A model generated the notes under the pieces. The model worked only from the letters and a program-made list of their open reading frames with translations. It was not told the DNA's origin and did no database searches. From Blastocladiella emersonii ATCC 22665 (taxonomy: Eukaryota > Fungi > Blastocladiomycota), in NCBI GenBank assembly GCA_025594325.1, contig JANHCV010000001.1, positions 3,968,001 to 4,032,000 on the forward strand: 64,000 nt of DNA. Reading direction: 5' to 3'. The position numbers were made by a program, and so were the translations under genes. This document shows positions 23,436 to 32,469 of this stretch, one piece after another (position 1 is the stretch's first letter; every line of letters starts with the position of its first letter).

Positions 23436-26400
23436 TTACAAAACCGACTCGGTCGTCGAGTGTGCCCGCTGCCGATGATTCTTCTCTCCCTCGGACGCGC
23501 GCAGGGCGAAATACCTCCTACTTGCCGACTCGTAGAAGATGCACAGGACGGCCGAGATGACGATCGCGCCCTCGTAGGGCCCAACGAGGTGCCACCGGTC
23601 GATCGCGCCGCCGCCGCTGCGCGCGGCCATGGTCGCGGTCATGGCCACGGCCGTCAGCGCGAGAAGCCACAGGTGGACCTGCGGGCGCAGCCGCAGCGTC
23701 GTGACGGTGAGCACCGTCGATGTGATGCGCAGCGTGCTGGTCTGCGTCGTCGTCACGCAGTCCGTGACGAGGCGGATGATGGCGTCGAGCAAAATCTGGA
23801 CCAGCACCGTCAGGCCCGCGTACACGAGCGCGAAGGTTTCGGTGTGCCGCAACACCGCGTCCCAGTGGTGCGTGAGCAGGTTCGCGATCACGTCGAGCGA
23901 CGCACGGATCAGGTACGGGAACCACCAGGACACCACGACGGCACCGATCGGGCCGAGCACCGGGTCCGCGGCCGCCGACGGCAGGAGCAGTTCCGTGACG
24001 GTCGGGCTCGGCTGCGAGAGGTTCATGATGAGGTTGACGGTCACGCTGAACATGTACGTCAGCAGCGACAGCTGGAAAGTCGCGCGCAGCCGAAACAAGA
24101 GCTTGGCGGAATAGAACTCGAGGTAGAGCGCCTCGGCCGGTGGCGCTGGGAACCGGTAGAAAATTTCCTGCATGTAGTGCTCGGACCGTCGCCGTACGCC
24201 CGACCGCCGCCACGCTCGCCGAAACCGTCGCCGCCACGAAGACGACGAGGTGCGGTTGCGAGCGAAACTGTACTGTGGGAAGAAGAGCGGCGTGGGCGAT
24301 GGCGCCGAGGGCGAAGGCGGGGCTGCTATGGTATGGTCGGTGGCCGACGTGGTGGGCGAGTCGGCAGCCTGCAGCGCGTGCTGCGAGGCCGAGAGTCCCG
24401 TAAATGTTGCGATCTCGAGGTGCTTGAGGCCAGACTCGTCGAGGACCAGCATCGACTGGTCGAGCCCGCTGCCCTCGGACCCAATGACGAGTCCGTTCTC
24501 GAGACTGCCGCGCTCGGGGACCGCGAGCTCGTTCATGGACCCGCCCGGGCCGCCGGCCGTCGGGATCGCGAGCAGGAGCCCCGGGTTGTTCGCACCGCCA
24601 TCCGCGCTCGCGCGGCGCGACGACGCGGCGCCCGTCGAGAGCCCGCTCGCGTGGCTGCTGCGCAGGACGAGCGTGCTGTCGACCTCGACGAGCGGCGGCA
24701 TGGACTCCTGGAGCTGGAACACGGGGAGCCCGCCCGCGCTGCCTGGTTCGTCGATGGTCACGGTGAACATGGCCACGGCCGGGGGCGGCATGACCACGGG
24801 CACACTTCCGCGGGAGGACGTCGTGTCGGCCTCGGACGACGTCTTGCGCGGGAGCGTCGACAGCTGCTGCACGTCAATGTTCATGAACTGGTAGCTGCCC
24901 GAGATGCTCTGCGCCGAGCCCCGCACCGAACGCTGCGACTGCTGCGACGCACGGCGGCCCCCGGGGAACGGCAGCGGGCCCGACGACATCTTGCCGGCGC
25001 CGCCGGCGCGCGGCGCGCCAAAGTTGCGCAGCGTGCCGCGCAGGTCGTTGTTGGGCAGGCTGATGCGACGCAGCTGTGTGGGCGGGGTCGCGTTGATGGC
25101 CGGGGCAGCAGAGTCGGCGAGGGCCGCCGAGGGGGTCGGCCGTTGACCGAGCGACTCGGCGCGCGGTCGAATCTACTCATACTTGACGTGTCAGTGACGG
25201 GAATACGTCTCTCGGGAGCGTCACATACCGATGGCGGACCTTGAATGACGGAGATTCGTTTCGACGGCGAGCCGATGGCCGACTGCTGGTGCTGCAGAGA
25301 AGACGAGTTGTGCTGGAGCGACGAGTTATGCTGGAGCGTCGAGCGGCCTACCGTTGGGCTGGATGGCGGCAGGTCGCGCGTGGCGAGGAACTGCGAGCCC
25401 TGGCGGATGTTGTTGCGCTTCGGGTCGCGGCGGGCCTTGTGGACGTTGAGGAAAAACGATAACCGGGCGAGCACCTCGCGCTGGCGGCCAGCGAGAAAGC
25501 TCCGCGCCAGCGTCTCTATGAGGTGAAAAACGAGAACCAGGAGCATGGGCGAGGAGGGCATGCTGATGCCGGCGCCCACGGCTGTCGTGATGACGAAGGC
25601 GAAGAGCCCCGCTGCCGCCGCGACCGTGATGGAGAGCGACGTGGCGGCGACGAGTAGGTAGATGGAGACACCGAGACTCGCGGCCCAGTGGTCGAAATAC
25701 GAGTCGAGCCAGCCGGCAGCGTGTAGCGCCTCGCGGCCAGCGCGTTCGGCGCGGCACACGTCCATGACGCTTGACAGGGTCGCGGCAAACGGCCCGCCGC
25801 TCACGCGTCGGCACTGCAGCGAGGCGAGGAAACCGAGCGCGTTGGAGAGGACGAGCGAGCAGAATGCGACGAGAGACATGCGCCATGCCGTCTGTTGCGA
25901 GATCCACAAACGCGTCACCTTCGGGAGCAGCAGCGCACCGAGCATGAGGAGCGCCGTGAGGACCGTGGCGGCGAGGACGACGTACTGCACGGCGGTGCAC
26001 GAGGATGAGTGCGAGGAGCACTGCCCGCGGAGCTGCTCGTAGTAGCCGGCGAACCGCGCGCAGTGGATGATGGTGAGAAAGACAGGGATCGACATGCCCC
26101 ACTACGTCGGTCAAAGGTGAGTCGGACTCCCCATGATCGTGTACAACGGGCCGACACGTACGGCCAGCATGTCGAGCGGTACGCGGGCGAGGCGCAGCGA
26201 GTGCTCGGCAAACTTGGCCTCTAGGATCAGCCGCGTGAACCGCAGGGTCCAGGAGTCAAGGTACGGCTCCTGCGTTCGCTCGCTCACGGCCAGGTTCCAC
26301 GCGCTCGTCTGCGCCGCCGGGTTGAAGAGGTCGAAGATGCCGCAAACGTGCCGCTTCAGAGCAGCATACCAGAGCGCGAGCCGTGAAACGCGATCTGGTG

Positions 26401-27230
26401 GTGGTGCCGCCGGGGACAGCGGAAGCGCGGTAGGAGCGTCGCGGCGGAGAGTTGTTGCAGCTGGTGGGCGAGAACCCGGCGATGAAGAAGAGGACGAGGA
26501 GGACGCCGAACCTCGCAGCATCGGTGTTGGCTGCCGAGGAATCGAGCCGAGCTGGATCGAGTGAACCGAGCGCGGTATAGATCGAGTCGCACGTCCAGAC
26601 TGGCTTCGGTTCCGTCCCATGGTTGGACGAGGCGACTCGGACGAGGCCGTCGAACGCGAGGCGTTCTCGGTCCTCCTCAGGGACGACTGCGTCATCGAGT
26701 GCGCCATGGGCCGCGACAGCGATCCGGGTGATGCGCCAGAGCTGCTCGCGGCAGGCGACCGACCCAGCGTACCGAGCTCCGGATGCGAGCCTAGCCGGTG
26801 GGACGGTTAGTCCCGGACGGCCATCAATTGGTCGTGCGGCGTACCCGAGGAGCCGCGCTTCATAACGAGGTTCTTCTCGAGGCTCCAGTCGCTCAGCGGC
26901 GTTGATTCGTCGGGGCAGTCGTCACTGGCGGTGCCCAACTTTTCATCATCGTGGCTCTCCTCGACCAGCTCCGTCAGCCCTGGTCCAGAGCAGGCGGCGC
27001 TGCTGCGAGGACTGCCCGAGCCGGACCCTGAAGTGGAGCGGGCGGGGAGGACCTGTTCCCGCGGTCCGGGAACAGCCGGTAGCCCAGGGAAGCTCCTTGG
27101 CTGCGCCCCGTACGAGCTCGATCGGCGCCGCGGCCGCGGCTGGATCTGGACCTGGTCATGGCACGAGGTCGCGGAGGGTATCGACGATGCTCCATGTAGC
27201 TCGTTGCTACCAGAAATGGTTGATGCATAG
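23436..27230 (-). CDS. Multi-exon membrane protein with two ~6-TM blocks resembling adenylyl cyclase anchors and no catalytic domain (5' end uncertain)
   Basis: Two hydrophobic clusters, each preceded by F-x4/5-E-x2-[FY] (WTLRFTRLILEAKF; YRFPAPPAEALY) and followed by E-x3-R-x2-F (REVLARLSFF; YESASRRYF). GTACGT/GTACGC introns link the ORFs at 26111-26707, 24881-26095 and 23436-24989 plus upstream coding sequence. Confidence 0.6.
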
Positions 27231-27417
27231 AGTGGGTTTGCGCTAAAAGCGATCCCTCAACCCGTTTGCTCGTCATCGTGGGCCTTGCCGCGGACGGGGA
27301 CTGCGAGAGACTCTGCGTACGTCTCCCAATCACGGACGCCACTTTTCTGATCTTGTAGCACCTCAAAGTGAGTTTTTTCGGCCGTGTCTCTAAGCAGACG
27401 GTCGACACGGCCGGTCG

Positions 27418-27490
27418 ACGCGTCGACGCGCAGGGCGCGAGACATCACGTGAGGGTGAGAGACATCACGTGCTCCGACGCGTTTACGCGT
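27418..27490. promoter_or_regulatory. Cluster of three ACGCGT (MCB-like) and two CACGTG (E-box) motifs in a divergent intergenic region
   Basis: ACGCGT at 27418, 27477 and 27485. A 13-nt direct repeat GAGACATCACGTG at 27439 and 27459. Function is inferred. Confidence 0.4.
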
Positions 27491-27650
27491 TTTTCAAGGG
27501 TTTGACATGTCTCCCTCCCGGATTGATCGATCATGACTCAAAATGACGCTCATGGCACTTCTCCGCGGGACCACCTCGAGTGCACCCTCCCCGTTGTTTA
27601 AGATTAGCGCTCCATTCCTAATCATATGCATAGTAAACACTCCCCTTGCA

Positions 27651-28595
27651 ATGTCAACCTCTGATTGGGCCGATGCACTTCATGGCCTCGCCCACGCGGA
27701 CGCGGAGCTCTCTTGCACGACATCCCGCTTCAATCGGCAAGCGGTTCGCCAGGTCGTAATTGCCGCAGAGCTCAAGCAGCGTCTCGATGAATCCCTGCCG
27801 AGTGGTCCGGCCCGCAGTTCTCTCTCGCCCGCCGTGCAGGCGAATCGCTGCGTCGCCGCAATGCGCATCTTCGAGTCGACCATGGCCGTGGCCGTTGACG
27901 GCGGCCGCCGCGTCGAGTTTCTCGACCTTCGCGTGCACTCTGTCGCCATCCCCGCCGGCCTGACCAAGAGCAGTCTCGTCGACCTCTTCGAAACCCTCTC
28001 GCTCAACCGCCTCGCAAAGGCACTTACCGTCAGCCTTCCATGGCCATGGTCCGCTGATCGCACCGATCAAACCAACACGTTTCCGCCTGGAATGCGCGCG
28101 ATATGGCTTGCTTTCGTCTCCATGATCCGACACAACCGCTCGCTCACCACGGTGGAGCTGACCGTCACGGGCCCCGCAATCGAGCCCACGGCCACCATCG
28201 CCTCACTCGAGGCCCGCTGGCGCGAGCTCGACTCTTACCTTGGCCTCGTCAAGTGGGCGACGGAGCAGCCGCGCAAACCGAACCTCGGTGCCCCATCTTC
28301 CGCTCGCTGCGACGTCCTCATCACCCTGCCGGAGCGCCCCCAGTTTCTCTCGATCCCGGAGCTCGTTTACACGATTGATAGCGTTGACTGCTCTTTGCCG
28401 GGCTCGCGCGACCAGCTCGCATCGACTCAGCTCGCCCCTCACGGGAAGTACTCGCTCATCTTCACCAGCTCGTCCGTGCTCGACCTCTCGGGAGCGCCGA
28501 GCAGCGCGCGCTCGCACGGCTGTCTACGGGTCGCCGAGGCCGCGTGCGGTGCTCCGACGGCCACTGTTGCGGCCTGCGAAACTGCGATGGAGTGA
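27651..28595 (+). CDS. Hypothetical protein, no recognised domain
   Basis: Long intronless ORF (about 314 aa from ATG 27651) with protein-like composition. Confidence 0.5.
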   Translation: MSTSDWADALHGLAHADAELSCTTSRFNRQAVRQVVIAAELKQRLDESLPSGPARSSLSPAVQANRCVAAMRIFESTMAVAVDGGRRVEFLDLRVHSVAIPAGLTKSSLVDLFETLSLNRLAKALTVSLPWPWSADRTDQTNTFPPGMRAIWLAFVSMIRHNRSLTTVELTVTGPAIEPTATIASLEARWRELDSYLGLVKWATEQPRKPNLGAPSSARCDVLITLPERPQFLSIPELVYTIDSVDCSLPGSRDQLASTQLAPHGKYSLIFTSSSVLDLSGAPSSARSHGCLRVAEAACGAPTATVAACETAME

Positions 28596-28633
28596 GATGG
28601 GAGTGTGAAAGGCGAAAGTAATATATGTTTAGC

Positions 28634-30952
28634 TTAGACTTTCTCAATGACGACCGAGAACGTCTCGGGCGCCTGCTCGAGGACCCGTACAGTTCGACCG
28701 AGGCCAGGATACAGCTCATCGAGCTGCGTGATTCGGTCGTTGCCCTCGATAGATTCGGTCGATGTCGACCTGGACAGCGAAAGCTTGCTCAAGAAGTTGG
28801 AAAGCTGGGCAGGAACATCGGTTGAGCGCGAGTATTTCTTCCCGGCCGCCTTCAACGCGTCGGAAAAGTCGTCGGTGCTCGTGTAAGGCTCGAGTCCGTT
28901 GTGGCCAATCTCGAAAACGACGGTCGTTGGCTTCCGTCGTGGGAGAATCGGACGCCATCGGCCCGTCGCTGGCTCCTTGATCTCAACGAGCGCACGCAGA
29001 ACGGCGGAGACTGCCTCGGGGCAAAGTGGATTGGTAGTGATCTGGTTACCAAGCCGAATGACGAGGATGGTAGGGCCGCGAGTGCCTTGCACCGCCACGT
29101 ACGACGCGAGCCTGCGCCAGAGTACAGGCTTCGACGTTGCGTGCCAGTCGAGGATCAGACCCGCCCGGCCGATACCGCCCCAAATCAAGTTAATTTGCTC
29201 GTACCTGAGCGTGAGACGAGCAAGCGAAGGGTGTGCCAGCAACTGATAAATCCCGTACGCGTGCTTGCTCATTGTCAGGCGTGCTGATGTTGGCGTAGTT
29301 GTATCGGCGTCTGAAACTAGGCAAAAAGTCAAGTCTTGAACGTGTGGGAGCTGGTGACACAGATTGAAGACAATCGGGCCCTGGTCAAAGTGATGGACAC
29401 GGAGAACCGTTGCGGGAATCGTCCAGGACTGAGCGCGGCCGCTCAAATTCAGGTACTCGAGCTGAACAGCAGTCAAAGCAAGGAACCGCAAGTGATTGAA
29501 CGCCGAGCTCTCGTGGATGGTACCCATGCAGTTGCTGATATCGAGATGCAAAATCCGCTGAAGCGATGTGCTTGTTGCGAGTGGTTTGAGCGAGTCCCAT
29601 GGCGTGCTTCGTGAGAGAATGACGACGCGAAGATTGGGGGCCTGTATGCCTTCGAGCAGGCCCTCGCACCGCCGATTGTGGACTTGGAGCTCGCGCAGTG
29701 CCGGAAATACAAGACCGGAGAAGACCGATACCGGGGTAGGAGTTCGCACCGAGCAGGTCGGGTGGATCGTGAGAAATTGGAGGCGTGGGAGCGAGGCGAT
29801 GGCGCGGTAAACGCGGGGGTCGAGGCGGCAGCGCGCCAGTGTGAGCGAGGAGAGCATGGGAAGCTTGTCGGCGTGGAGAATAGCGGTCATGGAGGCGACC
29901 ACTGACTCTTCGTCGTCAGTTCCATCGATGCCCTCGCCAACAAGGAGAAGCGAGCGGAGCAATGAAAGCGAGGGTATGTCCATGGTCGGAGATTTGGTAA
30001 AGATTTGAAGCTGAAGAGTGGTGAGAACCGGGTGTGGATGCCGCAAGACAAGCGCGTCCATCATCCACGAGTACGTCTTGAGGGCCTTGACGCCGATGTG
30101 GACCTCGGAAAGGCTCGGGCCGAGCGCCGCGAGATGAGGTTCGAGCCGGCTCCGGACGCGACTGGCAAAGATAGTCAAGGACGAAAGCAGCGGTGTAGTT
30201 GGGAGGCCGGCGACCGTCACGCTGAGGGCGTGGCGGTCGGCGTCCAGGTACAGGGTGCGTAACCTAGGCAAAGTCAGGGATGCGAGGTCGAGCGTGAAGG
30301 AGGTGCCGGAGTCTTGGCGAGTGATGGAGAGCGAGCCGAGAGTCGGACGAGCCGGTGCGAATTCGAGCGCCGTGACGAGGTCTTCGCAGAAGTAAAAGTC
30401 GCCGTTGAGCTTCAGCGAGACGAGCGACTCGCATCGGGCAAGCAGCCCACGAAAGAAGGATCCGGCATCCTCCTTATCTGCGACCGTCCATCGTTTTCTC
30501 GTGTCGCTGAAGCTAAGAGTCAAGTCGCGCACCCACGACAAGTTCAAAGAAGCGGGTGGAGTCGGTAGGGCGTGGCCATCAGCAGCAGGCTTGGACACGA
30601 TGAACGCCGAGCCGTCAGGGCCGAAACGCAGCCGCTCCGCTGCAGCAAACCACTCTGAGCCAGTGTCATTGTCTGGACCGAGTCGAGACCGGAGCAGGTT
30701 CAGCTCGATGTCTTCCCATGCGAGGGGAAGTAAGATGAATGCGAGCCGGCGGTTGACAAGTGCGAGCTGAACGAGCCCGGTGTGGCGGGCAGCCCCCGAG
30801 TGCTCGCGGCGGACGAGCGACTCAGCGACAAGGACGACAATATCGGTCGGGACGGTAGCTAAGCCCGTTGCATGAGGTTGCATGTTCTCATTGTGCTCCA
30901 TGGTAGTGATTTGGGGAGGACGGATGGGTCGGTGGGACGTGGCGCTCATCAA
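28634..30952 (-). CDS. F-box-like / leucine-rich-repeat-like protein
   Basis: 772 aa intronless ORF. The N-terminal LATVPTDIVVLVAESL is F-box-like and is followed by many LxxLxL repeats (LVSLKL, LGSLSI, LRTLYL, LSSLTL, LQFLTI, LRELQV, LEYLNL). Confidence 0.65.
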   Translation of the reverse strand: MMSATSHRPIRPPQITTMEHNENMQPHATGLATVPTDIVVLVAESLVRREHSGAARHTGLVQLALVNRRLAFILLPLAWEDIELNLLRSRLGPDNDTGSEWFAAAERLRFGPDGSAFIVSKPAADGHALPTPPASLNLSWVRDLTLSFSDTRKRWTVADKEDAGSFFRGLLARCESLVSLKLNGDFYFCEDLVTALEFAPARPTLGSLSITRQDSGTSFTLDLASLTLPRLRTLYLDADRHALSVTVAGLPTTPLLSSLTIFASRVRSRLEPHLAALGPSLSEVHIGVKALKTYSWMMDALVLRHPHPVLTTLQLQIFTKSPTMDIPSLSLLRSLLLVGEGIDGTDDEESVVASMTAILHADKLPMLSSLTLARCRLDPRVYRAIASLPRLQFLTIHPTCSVRTPTPVSVFSGLVFPALRELQVHNRRCEGLLEGIQAPNLRVVILSRSTPWDSLKPLATSTSLQRILHLDISNCMGTIHESSAFNHLRFLALTAVQLEYLNLSGRAQSWTIPATVLRVHHFDQGPIVFNLCHQLPHVQDLTFCLVSDADTTTPTSARLTMSKHAYGIYQLLAHPSLARLTLRYEQINLIWGGIGRAGLILDWHATSKPVLWRRLASYVAVQGTRGPTILVIRLGNQITTNPLCPEAVSAVLRALVEIKEPATGRWRPILPRRKPTTVVFEIGHNGLEPYTSTDDFSDALKAAGKKYSRSTDVPAQLSNFLSKLSLSRSTSTESIEGNDRITQLDELYPGLGRTVRVLEQAPETFSVVIEKV

Positions 30953-31140
30953 AGCGTGATCCGCCCGAGCCGTGGGAGTTGGTTGCCGTTGCCGCGTCGT
31001 CGCGTCCGAGTCTGCACGTTGCCGTTCCCATGGCCGTCGCCGGCGGGCCGCCGACCCTCAAAACCCGCGGCCGCCCTCGCCCCTGACCCGCTCTCCCCCG
31101 ACGACGATCGACTGACCGCCCGTTGCCCTCCACATTCGCC

Positions 31141-32269
31141 ATGTTCACCGCCGCCCGCCTGACTGCCCGCCGCTCGCAGACCGGTCAGTGCGATGCCTTG
31201 TGCGGACTCGATGAAGCTCGTACTGACGATCGCCGGCAATGTAGCGCTCCGCAACGCGTGGAAGGCGTCGTCGCGCTCGATCGTGACCGAGTCGCCCGCT
31301 GCGGCCGCCGGCTTCACGGCCCGCCGCGCCTTTGCCACGGGCGCCCTCGCCGTCGCCGGCCTTGCCCTCGGCGCCGTCTACAACTCGACCTGTACGCGTT
31401 TTGCTGCTACTGAACCGCCTGCCTGTGTGATGCTGACGACCAACCAACTCGCTGTGTAGCGCCCGTCGAGGCCGCGGCCGCCAAGGCCCCCATCGCCGGC
31501 GTCAAGGGCACGCCGTCGGAGCGCACCTTCATTGCCGTCAAGCCCGACGGCGTTCAGCGCGGCCTGGTCGGCGAGATCATCAAGCGCTTCGAGGCCCGCG
31601 GCTACAAGCTCGTCGGCCTCAAGCTGCTCGTCCCCTCGCGCGCCCGCACGCTTCCTCCTCTGACCTTTTGCACCTCGAGCGACACGCTCACCTGTTCCTC
31701 CCCCTCTAGTCGCCGAGGAGCACTACGCCGACCTCAAGACGCGCCCCTTCTTCAACGGCCTCGTCTCGTACATGACTGGCGGCCAGGCCCCCGTCGTCGC
31801 CATGGTCTGGCAGGGCACCGACGTGGTCCGCCAGGGCCGCCGCCTGATCGGCGCGACCAACCCGCTCGACGCTGAGCCTGGGTACGCCTACTCGCTAGTG
31901 TACCCGCGGATTCGTGAGCTAACACCTTGCCCCTCGAATCCTCGCACCTTGCGCTCCTTCACCGTCTGCAGCAGTGCGTTTTCTATCCTCGCGTCGCGCC
32001 CTCTCGGCTGGACGAAGCTCACATCGCTCCAACTACTGCGTGTAGCTATCCGCGCCGACTACTGCATCTCGATTGGCCGCAACATCATCCACGGCTCCGA
32101 CTCGGCCGAGTCCGCCGAGAAGGAGATCTCGCTGTGGTTCGGCGAGGCCGGCCTCTTCCACTGGTGCGCTCGCTTCTCAACATTCCGCAATGACATCTTC
32201 CACTAACTCTCCTTTACTCGCAACGGTAGGAAGCAGGCCAACGAGGAGTGGATCGTCTCGGCCAACTAG
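31141..32269 (+). CDS. NDK1: Nucleoside diphosphate kinase with a mitochondrial-type N-terminal extension (7 exons)
   Basis: [35 protein letters not shown]. Introns at 31184-31244, 31392-31459, 31646-31709, 31882-31971, 31974-32045 and 32164-32229 give a continuous frame. Confidence 0.95.
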
Positions 32270-32469
32270 GTTATTATTCTCGCATGTGTGCGAGCAGTTG
32301 TCTCTGAGTTCCTTCTTCCCGATTCCCGAATACACCTTCGATGTGGCGCAACGCGACTTGTTTCAGGTGAGCTGCCGCCCTTCTCTCTCGACCGCCGTGT
32401 TGCAATGTCAAATCATGCAACATGTTGTTGTACAGTATGAACACACACGCGGGCCACCGCACACTTAGA

